From the NCBI GenBank assembly GCA_045613785.1, contig JAZLBQ010000003.1, positions 59,536 through 123,535 of the forward strand: DNA of 64,000 bases. Reading direction: 5' to 3'. The position numbers and the translations under genes are program-made. Below the pieces are notes generated by a model. The model ran no database searches. It saw only the letters and a list, made by a program, of their open reading frames with translations, and was not told the DNA's origin. Positions 40,194 through 49,196 of this stretch are shown here, in pieces; position 1 is the first letter of the stretch; each line of letters opens with the position of its first letter. The stretch is from Candidatus Enterousia sp. (GTDB taxonomy: Bacteria; Pseudomonadota; Alphaproteobacteria; Rs-D84).

Positions 40194-40511
40194 CTAGCGT
40201 AGTCCTTTGGCACGGCAGCATGCCGATGCGGCAGAACGCCAATCCGAATATTGTTTTGATGGGTCACGTAAATCACGCCATGGCTGCCAGCCGTTGCAGC
40301 GTTTGTTCTGGCCAGTGCCAGTGCATTTTGCGTATCGACGTAGTGAGCATGTTTGATTAGATATTTTGCCAGTATCGGTTGTGCATTTTACAACAACATT
40401 TTGATTCTTTGCATCGTTTTTACCCAGTTCCTTGGATGAAAGAACCTGGTATGCAGTGGCAGTGTTGATTGCAACAAATATAGCAATGATACTAAATAAT
40501 ATGCGTTTCAT
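40194..40511 (-). CDS. Small secreted Cys-containing protein
   Basis: Signal peptide (ATA|Y), 6 Cys. Confidence 0.75.
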   Translation of the reverse strand: MKRILFSIIAIFVAINTATAYQVLSSKELGKNDAKNQNVVVKCTTDTGKISNQTCSLRRYAKCTGTGQNKRCNGWQPWRDLRDPSKQYSDWRSAASACCRAKGLR

Positions 40512-40573
40512 TTTTCCCCCTGATGTTGTCTTTATTATAGTTTTTTATGCAGATAAAAACAACAGGAATATAT

Positions 40574-41665
40574 TTATCGGGTTATCGGATGTGTCGTTTC
40601 GCTGTGGCAGCCATTTTCACGCATTAAACGAATGCGATTCATCCATCCTTTTAGGTATTTTTTATTGTTGCCACGCTTGGAAATTTCAATATAGAACTGT
40701 TGCTGGTCGTCCAGAAAGTCATTGTGTATGTCGCCACGATAATTTTCTGTCGCTGATACTATTTCTGGGTCTATTTTGTTCTTTTCTGGAATGCCCAGGA
40801 ATTTGCAAAAACGACGAATGCCAGTTGATGTGCCAGCACCCCAACCCAGCATAAATACGTTGCCACGACTGTTGTCTGGTAATTGGTTTATGTTATAGTT
40901 CTTATAGTATTTTTGATATGCAATGTCTTCTGCGTCATTACGTGTGATGTTGCGGACATCTATTTCAGGGTTGTTATTTTGTGATATGCCATAGCAGGTG
41001 TATCCTCCTGTGTCATCAGGGTCGTTGATACAATCTCCTTCGGTGCGAAAAACAGTAATCATTGCTTTTTCAAAGGCAGGGTCTATTGAGGCATAGCGAC
41101 CAGAGGTTAAAATTTTGTTTGGAAAATGGTCGCTGTGTTGCGGTGGGGTGCACGTTGCATTATAGGTAATATTTGTTTGTGATGACGAAGGTGTTGTGGA
41201 TGGTGTATTTTGCACAACAGGAAATGATGGTAGTGTTTGTGGCATGGGAACGTCAATAGATGGCTTTGGTGGTTTTGCAGGTGCAACGGTTGTTGATGAC
41301 ACTGTTGGGCGATTGCCAATCGCAATAATTGATTCTGTTAAACCAGGTGCTTGTGGGCAACGTGTGTCGTCCAATGGGTATTGTGTGCAGTATTGTGCAG
41401 CGGTAAGTGTTTGTTCGTCTCGAATACGTTGGGATTCTGATGAAGATACCAAGCGGTTGATATATTCTTCTTCGCTCTCGATTTTTATTGTTTGATAAGC
41501 ACTGCGTCCTGCGTATGGTTTATAGCCAGTTGTGGCATTTTGTGTGCGGTCAATAAAAGATGCGTCGTTTGACGTCGTTGGAAATGAAGTGGGACGTAAA
41601 AACGAATTCGCTGCCATCGCAGGGAATGTGATTAGTGAAGCAATAATAAAGCATAATGTTTTCAT
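40574..41665 (-). CDS. Secreted glycoside hydrolase family 108 (lysozyme-like) with Pro/Thr linker
   Basis: EGDCINDPDDTGGYTCYGIS catalytic motif; C-terminal YLKGWMNR (PG-binding-3-like); signal peptide. Confidence 0.85.
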   Translation of the reverse strand: MKTLCFIIASLITFPAMAANSFLRPTSFPTTSNDASFIDRTQNATTGYKPYAGRSAYQTIKIESEEEYINRLVSSSESQRIRDEQTLTAAQYCTQYPLDDTRCPQAPGLTESIIAIGNRPTVSSTTVAPAKPPKPSIDVPMPQTLPSFPVVQNTPSTTPSSSQTNITYNATCTPPQHSDHFPNKILTSGRYASIDPAFEKAMITVFRTEGDCINDPDDTGGYTCYGISQNNNPEIDVRNITRNDAEDIAYQKYYKNYNINQLPDNSRGNVFMLGWGAGTSTGIRRFCKFLGIPEKNKIDPEIVSATENYRGDIHNDFLDDQQQFYIEISKRGNNKKYLKGWMNRIRLMRENGCHSETTHPITR

Positions 41666-41666
41666 A

Positions 41667-43346
41667 TTATTGTTCTTCATTTGTTGTCCATGGTTTGTCA
41701 TTCATTACCAGGTAATATAATTCTGGAGTGTCGCTGCCTGGGTTGCGTATGATTGGTCGCACAATGTAAATATCAATATTGCATGGTGATGCTGTGTTGT
41801 CTTGGATTTCTATTAAATCTTGGTGAAATTTTGCAGCGAAATCCATTGCTTGCAAATATGCGGCATCGTCGTCAGCAGCACTGACAGAATCGCCTGCCCA
41901 CAATAACCACATGCCATGATTTACAACGTTTTCTTGGTTGCTGCCAGTCAGGTCGTCAGCAGATAACAGTAATAATGGTGAAAAGTCAATGCCACTGGTA
42001 TAGTCGCCTGTGCTGGTTTCAGTCCAGTCATACATTCCGCCTAAAAAGTTTAATGCCCCATAAATCAAGCCGCCTGCGGATTCCATTTTGCCCAGAATGC
42101 CCACGTTTTGTAATGTTGATTGAAACAACCAGTCTCGAATTCGGTTAGAGGTTTTACTGCTGCGTGCCAGTTTGTTGGCTTTGGTAATCAATTTGTTTCC
42201 TGTTAGGCTGGCACGACTTGCACGTGCTGCACGTGCAATTACATTTCCTCGTTGGGCATTGTGCCAAACACGCAAACTGTGACGATATGCATTTAATTGT
42301 GAGTAGGTATTGCGTGCCTGCTGATATTTTTTTACGTCTGCATTTGTTTCAAGTGTGCGGACTAAATCACGAGCGTTGTCTAACTCACGGGTTTTGTCAG
42401 CGTATCGAATTGCGTCAGTGGTCGCATCAATCGCACGTAGTTCGTCTGCAAGGCGGTCGGCATTGCGTGTTGCGGTAATATAATCACGAACAGAATCAAG
42501 TTTGCTTAGTTCTCGTATCGTTGAACCAAGATTTTTTAATACACGTGATGCACGGGCTGATTTTGTTGCACCGCTGATAATCAAGCCGCCTCCCATAGTG
42601 GCAACAGTTATTACAACGTCAAGAGCGATTTCAGCATATGAAATCCATTGTAAGTTCACGTCGCCAGCAACATAATAATCATTGCTGTCGCTTTCGCCCG
42701 TGCTTTCTTTGAGGTTTACAGTTTGTGTGACAGCACGATTGATTGCGTAATTGTCGTTGGCCAAGGCACTTTTGCTGGTGCAGGTTCGGCCAGATGGGTA
42801 TAGGTTATCAATGTTTTCAGTTATGTATTTTAATGAAATTGTATTGTTTTTATCAGAACCAATAAAGGAATCTAGTGTGCCGTGTTGCACAACCATAATT
42901 GCATACCAGGCAGGATCTGTATTTGTCCAAATTGATGTGTCAAGAGGATCACCAATTTTTGGGTTTGGGTCAGATGATGGCAGTGAGCGTTTGGTGTCAA
43001 GAGCCAAGCGTTGGCGTAAAATTTTTGGTTGTGTTTCATAATTTACAATTATTTCACGACCTTTTGGAAAAATGTATTGGATGGGAGTGAATTTTATTGT
43101 TTGTGTGTCGGGGATATTTGCAACCTCTGGGCAAGCAAGGACAGAAGTCAGAACATCTGGTTTGGCAAATGTCTGATAAATCCATTGTTTGATAATTGTT
43201 TCGTGGTCTGATTCTGAGACAGTGTCGGCGGTTTGTGCTAATGCATTGGCAAATATGCCGCTGGCACATTCGGTGGTGGTGTCAGCAAGCGAATTTGCAA
43301 CAAATCCAATAGCAATGATAAAAGCAGTAAAGAATTTTTTTATCAT
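41667..43346 (-). CDS. Secreted hypothetical protein with internal hydrophobic Gly-rich segments and a basic helical region
   Basis: Signal peptide; IALDVVITVATMGGGLIISG; AGGLIYGALNFLGG. Confidence 0.8.
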   Translation of the reverse strand: MIKKFFTAFIIAIGFVANSLADTTTECASGIFANALAQTADTVSESDHETIIKQWIYQTFAKPDVLTSVLACPEVANIPDTQTIKFTPIQYIFPKGREIIVNYETQPKILRQRLALDTKRSLPSSDPNPKIGDPLDTSIWTNTDPAWYAIMVVQHGTLDSFIGSDKNNTISLKYITENIDNLYPSGRTCTSKSALANDNYAINRAVTQTVNLKESTGESDSNDYYVAGDVNLQWISYAEIALDVVITVATMGGGLIISGATKSARASRVLKNLGSTIRELSKLDSVRDYITATRNADRLADELRAIDATTDAIRYADKTRELDNARDLVRTLETNADVKKYQQARNTYSQLNAYRHSLRVWHNAQRGNVIARAARASRASLTGNKLITKANKLARSSKTSNRIRDWLFQSTLQNVGILGKMESAGGLIYGALNFLGGMYDWTETSTGDYTSGIDFSPLLLLSADDLTGSNQENVVNHGMWLLWAGDSVSAADDDAAYLQAMDFAAKFHQDLIEIQDNTASPCNIDIYIVRPIIRNPGSDTPELYYLVMNDKPWTTNEEQ

Positions 43347-44578
43347 TACATTTTACCGCATTTCTTTTCAATTGCTTGAATTTCTTGTGTTAGTCGGTAG
43401 ATTAGCACAGAATATGGGTCAGACGGTGTTATGATTTCGCCGTCTTCTGTGGGTATAGAGCCTGTTTCTTCGTCAGTGGCAGGTTTCCAATTCCAGCAAA
43501 AATTTTCATGATCTGGGATGTATTTTACCATTGTGTTTGCTGGTGGTTCATCAACGCAATATCGAACAGTGCATTCTGGCGACCATGTGTCGTCTTCCCA
43601 TAGTCCGTCCCACCAGGATAATTTTGTTTGTGAACCACCTTGTAGGCATTGACGAACCTGTGGAAAAAATACATTTAGCGTTCCGTTTTCGTCAGGTTTT
43701 TCAGAGCCACAAAACATGTATTCTCCGATTTGTGCCTGGCGTTTACCTTGGTTAAACAGTGTGTTACAGCATGTGAATTGATCGGTGACAGGGTCGGTTA
43801 GGCAATCTGTTTCTGAAAGTAATTGCGAGCCAGCAATGGAGCCACCCACAACTGCACCAATTGCGGCACCAATCCATCCACCCGTAGACCCCCATAGTGC
43901 ACCAACTGATACACCACCAAATAATCCAGAAACTGTGGCATTTACAACATTGCCAGCGGTATGTTCTCCCTGGCCTTTTGTGTTTTCGTATATTCCATAT
44001 GCCCCCACTGCTGCAACTGCAACTGCACCAGCCTTGGCCAATGTGGATGGGCCTTTTTTGGGGGCTGTATTGGTGTTTCCGCCATTAGTGTTTCCTGCAC
44101 CAGTTCCACCACCAGAGCCACCACCAGAGCCGCCACCGGAACCACCGCCAGAGCCGCCACCGCCAGTATTGCCAGCACCAGTGTTACCTGTCCCGGTGTT
44201 CCCACCACCGGTGTTGCCACCGCCAGTATTGCCAGCACCAGTGTTACCTGTCCCGATGTTCCCACCACCGGTGTTGCGGCCTGCAGCCGCTGCGGCGGCA
44301 CCAGTTGCCGCACGTGGTGCAATTGCATAGTCGGTGACACTGCGTGTTGTGCCGGGTGTTGCCGGCGTGTTTAGTGTAATAGGCAGTTTTTGTCTGTTGT
44401 GATATAGTGATACCCCATCGGCACCAACAGTGTATTTATAGGAGCGGGTTGGTTGCACCCAACCAGTTGGGTTGTTTATTCCGCCCTGGAAAATGTCAAT
44501 GCCACCCAGTGCAGATACGGCATAACAGGGAATTTGATATAATAGACCCAAAAATAAAAATATAGTAAATTTTTTCAT
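43346..44578 (-). CDS. Secreted protein with Gly-rich repeats, glycine zipper and Cys-rich C-terminal domain
   Basis: Signal peptide; GNTGxG and GGGS repeats; GWIGAAIGAVVGGSIAG. Confidence 0.8.
   Translation of the reverse strand: MKKFTIFLFLGLLYQIPCYAVSALGGIDIFQGGINNPTGWVQPTRSYKYTVGADGVSLYHNRQKLPITLNTPATPGTTRSVTDYAIAPRAATGAAAAAAGRNTGGGNIGTGNTGAGNTGGGNTGGGNTGTGNTGAGNTGGGGSGGGSGGGSGGGSGGGTGAGNTNGGNTNTAPKKGPSTLAKAGAVAVAAVGAYGIYENTKGQGEHTAGNVVNATVSGLFGGVSVGALWGSTGGWIGAAIGAVVGGSIAGSQLLSETDCLTDPVTDQFTCCNTLFNQGKRQAQIGEYMFCGSEKPDENGTLNVFFPQVRQCLQGGSQTKLSWWDGLWEDDTWSPECTVRYCVDEPPANTMVKYIPDHENFCWNWKPATDEETGSIPTEDGEIITPSDPYSVLIYRLTQEIQAIEKKCGKM
44105..44277. repeat. 60-bp tandem duplication (44156-44275, one mismatch) plus 12-bp GGGS-coding repeats
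   Basis: Lines 44161 and 44221 are near-identical. Confidence 0.9.
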
Positions 44579-45456
44579 TATTTATATCTTCCCTGTAATT
44601 TGCAATCTGCAAATTTGATTCCATTGTTGCGACATTTTTTTAGTGCGTTTAGGTCGGAAACCATTGTTTGATAGCGTGAACGCTGTTGGACGCAATAACT
44701 GTTCTGACGTTGTTGACGTTGTTGTGCACGGGTGGCGGCGGCTTCAGCAGATTCTATTTTTAGTGTGTTGTATGCCTTGGCATCCTTGAACGGGGCGTAG
44801 CCTGTTTTTGCGTTTTCCAGACGTTCGTCACGGCTTAGATCTGATGATGAAATTGGAAAAGCAGAACGGGCAAGTGTTATGTCCCCTGTCCCGTTGGCTG
44901 CTTGTAAATCCTGAAGTTCGGATTTGCGGTCTTGCATTTCTTGACCCCAATCTGTTGTTTTGGGGGCAAATGGATTTTTTATTTGCTGTTCTGTTTTTGT
45001 TGTGTTAGATGGTGTCGCATCAGGAAAAGCAACTTGCCCAGTTGTTGGAACAGCAATAGCATAATTTTTTATGTATTCTTCAAATGCAGTATCAATGTAG
45101 CCGGCACATGAAGCGGCATAGTTGCCGTTTGGTATGCGTGATAGTTGCAATATAATCGTTGGGCGGATGTCTGACAGTTCAGTCGTGGCACAATTGTTTA
45201 GGCTGGCACACTCAGTATATACCAATGTTCTGACAATTTGTTGGCATTGGGCGGTTTCAATGTCGGGACCAGTGGCATAGACCGCCGTTGGAAAACGTAA
45301 ATTATATGGCGAGTCAGGTGTCCAGTATGGGTTTGACGAATAATTGTGAACGCTTTGAATGTTGCCGTATTTTGAAAATGGACTGATTGTTTCAGCGTGT
45401 AGTGTGCCGATAAAAAATGCACAAAGTGCGAAAAATGTTGATTGTTTTATTCTCAT
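44578..45456 (-). CDS. Secreted hypothetical protein
   Basis: Signal peptide MRIKQSTFFALCAFFIGTLHA; stop overlaps the next start. Confidence 0.8.
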   Translation of the reverse strand: MRIKQSTFFALCAFFIGTLHAETISPFSKYGNIQSVHNYSSNPYWTPDSPYNLRFPTAVYATGPDIETAQCQQIVRTLVYTECASLNNCATTELSDIRPTIILQLSRIPNGNYAASCAGYIDTAFEEYIKNYAIAVPTTGQVAFPDATPSNTTKTEQQIKNPFAPKTTDWGQEMQDRKSELQDLQAANGTGDITLARSAFPISSSDLSRDERLENAKTGYAPFKDAKAYNTLKIESAEAAATRAQQRQQRQNSYCVQQRSRYQTMVSDLNALKKCRNNGIKFADCKLQGRYK

Positions 45457-45479
45457 ATCCGGGTCCCTGATGTGTCTTA

Positions 45480-45950
45480 TTATAGCAAAAACAGGTTTGT
45501 GATTAAAGATAAAAATCCACCCAATAAAAAGAACGGTGCAAAAGGAATAAATTTTTGCTTCTTGCAGTGTCCCCAGATTGCACCAGTTATGCATGCTATG
45601 ATTAGTGCGAACGCCAGACCGTTTATTCCAAGCCATAAGCCGCCAACTGCAATCAGTTTTATGTCGCCTAGGCCAATTGGTGGTATTGCATTAGGAGTGC
45701 GGCGGCGGATTATGTAATCAAATGTAAAGCCAATGATTGCGGACAGAGTATAGCCGAAAATCGCCCCAAATGTCCCAGATGATATGTTGATTGGGAAATT
45801 ATAAAATGTAATCAGTGTCAGACCTGATAATAACAGCGGAAATAGGTATGCATCGGGGATTATTCTGTTGCGAAAATCAGAAATAGAGATTTTTATCCCA
45901 CAAATCAATGCAACAGCCAATAAAATAATGAAAAAGATATAAGAAATCAT
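45480..45950 (-). CDS. A24 family prepilin peptidase
   Basis: SDFRNRIIPD, IGLGDIKL, IPFAPF. Confidence 0.88.
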   Translation of the reverse strand: MISYIFFIILLAVALICGIKISISDFRNRIIPDAYLFPLLLSGLTLITFYNFPINISSGTFGAIFGYTLSAIIGFTFDYIIRRRTPNAIPPIGLGDIKLIAVGGLWLGINGLAFALIIACITGAIWGHCKKQKFIPFAPFFLLGGFLSLITNLFLL

Positions 45951-46023
45951 ATTTTTCCCCCTTGCGTTTCGAATCGGATGTATGCTACACTAAGATTATA
46001 ATGTATAACAGAGGTTTTGTAAA

Positions 46024-46647
46024 ATGAGCAAGGGTTGGGATAACGCAACATTAAAAAAGTTAAAAGCATTGACTGGTAAGGGATTGTCAACTTCTGAAAT
46101 CGGCAAGCGGTTGGGTATGTCCAAAAATGCAATCGTCGGAAAATTAAATCGCTTGGGTTGGAATGCCAAGGCTGGTGGTGCAACAGCGACACCAGTGGCA
46201 ACAACAGAAAAAAAGCCTGCTAAAAAGGCCGAAGAAAAAACACCTGTTAAGGCCACGGCAAAGAAAGCAACTGCAACCAAAGCAACAACAAAAAAAGTAG
46301 CGGATTCAACAACTAAGAAGACGGCGACAGTTAAAAAAACTGCAGAAAAGGTCGCAGAAAAAAAGCCCGTTGATACGCCAGAAAAGAAAAAGACAGCCAA
46401 GGAAGTTGCTGAAAAAACGGCGAAGAAGGAAACTAAGACGTCTGCCAAAGATTTGGCAATGCATCAGCGCATTATTCAACATTCGCTGGAAATGGCAAAT
46501 CTGAAACCAAATCAATGCAGATGGCCAATCGGTGATCCGGATTCCGAACACTTCCATTTTTGTGGTGAAACTGTGTTCGTTGGAAAACCTTATTGTTATG
46601 AACACTGTAAACAGGCTTATCAATTCACACCTCCAAAGAAGAAATAA
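46024..46647 (+). CDS. gcrA: GcrA cell cycle regulator
   Basis: W...LK.L..GLSTSEIG.RLG.SKNAIVGK..RLG; CRWPIGDP..FHFCG...PYC..H. Confidence 0.93.
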   Translation: MSKGWDNATLKKLKALTGKGLSTSEIGKRLGMSKNAIVGKLNRLGWNAKAGGATATPVATTEKKPAKKAEEKTPVKATAKKATATKATTKKVADSTTKKTATVKKTAEKVAEKKPVDTPEKKKTAKEVAEKTAKKETKTSAKDLAMHQRIIQHSLEMANLKPNQCRWPIGDPDSEHFHFCGETVFVGKPYCYEHCKQAYQFTPPKKK

Positions 46648-46672
46648 AATTAAAACTGGGGAATAAAGCAAA

Positions 46673-48874
46673 ATGCCAAACGAGAGAGAAGATATTTTTC
46701 AGCCCTTGACGTATATAGATTATGATGTTGCCGGAAATGAGTTTCGGGCCTATTTTGATGCCGATAAAAAATTGGTCTTTGTGTTGGACTATTATGTTAG
46801 CGATATCAAACCAAATGTTTTGTTGGTAATAAACCCTGTGGGGGGACGTAAATGGGACGATGTTTTGATGAATGATTATGGTGTGGATTTGGAAACAATT
46901 CGCCCCAAAAAAGACAATAAATATCAAAAACTGGATATCGAATATTCTGGTCTGGCACAATATGATGACTTGATTGCAGCCAGTGAAAGTGATGGTGATG
47001 TCGAATCTGCTGTTGTTCGGTTGAATATGTTCCGTATGGAGGCTGCACGTAGGGCGGCATTTGAACGCCTGGGGGCGGCTGAAATGACTGCAGATCGAAC
47101 ACGTGAAACAATCGAAAAAACAAATGACGCAATCGCAGAACATCAGGCAAAATTAAAAGACTTAAAGACCAAGTTGGCAGAACAGCGTCGTAATGTCGGA
47201 CGTGAGCCTACTAAGCAGTCGGCAGCTAAAATTTTGCGGACAGAAGCTAAAATTGATGCGATGAACGATAAGTTAGGACGTGCAAAAAAACGTCTGGGAA
47301 ATGCACAGCACAGATTGGTGGTCGCAGAAGAAGATGCAGAAATTGCTCGTGAAATTTTGTATAAAATCGATGATATGATTGGCGATATGGGCGAATATCC
47401 TGAAAGTTCGGATACTGATGTAAATTTGCCGACAAAACCAATAGTTGCGGATATGGTTGTGCCGGAACCTGTTTCAGTGCCAATGAAAAATGAACCACAA
47501 TCGACAGAAATTACAACATACGAAGAACCAAAGGCAGATGATATGGCAGATGATGAAGTAAAACCATTGTTTGATGAAGACCCAGATATCTTGGACGAAG
47601 AAATCGCTTTTAAGCCGATTGATTTTGGTAATTTGGGGGCTTTGCCTGTCGAAGAAACACCTCGTATCGCCAGCGAACCAGTCGCAGAACAGCCGTTGTC
47701 GTTTGAACCACCAGTTTTGCCAAGTGAAACATTGCCTGTGGTCGAAGAAGACGAAGATGATGTTTATGTGCCACAGCCGGTGCCAATGCTGGATTCTTTG
47801 ACGCCTGTTGCGTTGCCGTCTGAAAAAATTGATTCTGAACTGATGGGTGGTGTAGATGTTGGGCAAACTGCCCTGCCTCAGTCGCCTGTTCAGCCATTGC
47901 CAGAATTGTCATCAAATGATGTTGCGTCAATGCCATCTGTATACCCAGTGGAAGCACCTGTTTTGCCATCGGAAAAGCAGGCTGCGTCATATGCAACTGC
48001 ACCAAGTCCAATGCCTGAGATTTCGCCAGCACCAGTCGGTGATGTTCAGCGGCCTGTGTCGCCTATTACGGGTGCGGGTGTTGTGGGGGCGTTTGATAAC
48101 GCAGATGTTGCAGCAGCACGTCGTAAACCAACGGTTTTGTATTATGTTTTGTTGGTGTTATTGATTGCTTTGTCTATATTTACATTATGGATTTACCAAA
48201 AGTCTGCTAATGATATGTTGCCAGAATTAGGGGCAAATACAGCACCTGCGGTCGAAGCCGTAGAAGAAAATATTCAGGTTGTCGAGCCAGCCAAGGTTGA
48301 AATTCAGGAAGTTGTAGAAGAAGTTCAGCCAGAATCGGATTTGTTGCAAGTGGTAGAGCCAGAACCTGTGCCAGTAGAGCCTGCACAGCCAATTGAAATG
48401 CCGTCAGAATCAGAGGCGGTTGTTGTGCCTGTTAGTCCAGAGCCTGATTTGATTGAAACGCCTTATTTTGTTCAGGAAGAAGAGCCAAAGCCTGTTATTC
48501 CAACAGAAGAAGAGATTTTGGCTAAAAAACCGTCTTATAATGTTTCGCAAAACGAAAAAATGTTTGTTGCAGACCCAAAATATGAAACTGATGAAGTTGC
48601 AGAAGATGTTGTGGAAGAGGTTGTAGAAGAAGAAATAGATAGATATATAGAACCTGTTTCTTATGCAGAACCACAAATTGTGCAAACAAGTGTCTTGCAG
48701 CCAGAGTATGTCGATACACAAGCAGTTGTTTCAGAAGAAGTAGAGGCTTGTGCAGATGGTGCAATGCCAGATTCATATGGTTGCTGTGCGGGTGAAGAAT
48801 ATGTTGAATTTGGTGGTGGTGAAGTTGCGTGCTGTGTTATTGGAACAGACGAATGTTTTCCTCCAATGATGTAA
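46673..48874 (+). CDS. Bitopic membrane protein: coiled coil, acidic Pro-rich linkers, TM, Cys-rich tip
   Basis: Composition and single TM (VLYYVLLVLLIALSIFTLWIY). Confidence 0.8.
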   Translation: MPNEREDIFQPLTYIDYDVAGNEFRAYFDADKKLVFVLDYYVSDIKPNVLLVINPVGGRKWDDVLMNDYGVDLETIRPKKDNKYQKLDIEYSGLAQYDDLIAASESDGDVESAVVRLNMFRMEAARRAAFERLGAAEMTADRTRETIEKTNDAIAEHQAKLKDLKTKLAEQRRNVGREPTKQSAAKILRTEAKIDAMNDKLGRAKKRLGNAQHRLVVAEEDAEIAREILYKIDDMIGDMGEYPESSDTDVNLPTKPIVADMVVPEPVSVPMKNEPQSTEITTYEEPKADDMADDEVKPLFDEDPDILDEEIAFKPIDFGNLGALPVEETPRIASEPVAEQPLSFEPPVLPSETLPVVEEDEDDVYVPQPVPMLDSLTPVALPSEKIDSELMGGVDVGQTALPQSPVQPLPELSSNDVASMPSVYPVEAPVLPSEKQAASYATAPSPMPEISPAPVGDVQRPVSPITGAGVVGAFDNADVAAARRKPTVLYYVLLVLLIALSIFTLWIYQKSANDMLPELGANTAPAVEAVEENIQVVEPAKVEIQEVVEEVQPESDLLQVVEPEPVPVEPAQPIEMPSESEAVVVPVSPEPDLIETPYFVQEEEPKPVIPTEEEILAKKPSYNVSQNEKMFVADPKYETDEVAEDVVEEVVEEEIDRYIEPVSYAEPQIVQTSVLQPEYVDTQAVVSEEVEACADGAMPDSYGCCAGEEYVEFGGGEVACCVIGTDECFPPMM

Positions 48875-48894
48875 AATTATAAAAAGAGTAAATT

Positions 48895-49167
48895 ATGGCT
48901 ATTGTATTAGGTCCAGTATGGGGAGCAAAGGCAGGAGCACTTGCGGGTGCAAAAGTGGCTGGTGCGTGGGCAACGGCAGCAAGGGCAGCAAGAATTGCTA
49001 TCTTAGGAACTAAGGTTGCGGTGCCGTCAATTGCGTTGGCGTGGGCAACGCTGAAATTGCGTGCAAAATTGATGAAGAAAAAACGTGAAAATGCTCAGAA
49101 AGAAATGGAAGAGCGAGTTGAAAATATGTCGATGCAATTAGAATCAATGAAACAACAGCAGCGATAA
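48895..49167 (+). CDS. Hypothetical Ala/Gly-rich protein (C-terminal QQQR)
   Basis: RBS, followed by a terminator at 49166-49198. Confidence 0.7.
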   Translation: MAIVLGPVWGAKAGALAGAKVAGAWATAARAARIAILGTKVAVPSIALAWATLKLRAKLMKKKRENAQKEMEERVENMSMQLESMKQQQR

Positions 49168-49196
49168 AAAAATCCCCACTTTTGTGGGGTGTTTTT

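Noticed and set aside
44105-44277. CRISPR-like repeat array
   Set aside because: Repeats are contiguous, have no spacers and encode Gly-rich linkers; no cas genes
40574-45950. Prophage lysis or tail module
   Set aside because: No holin, capsid, terminase or integrase; the proteins have Sec signal peptides and the strand/codon bias matches the host
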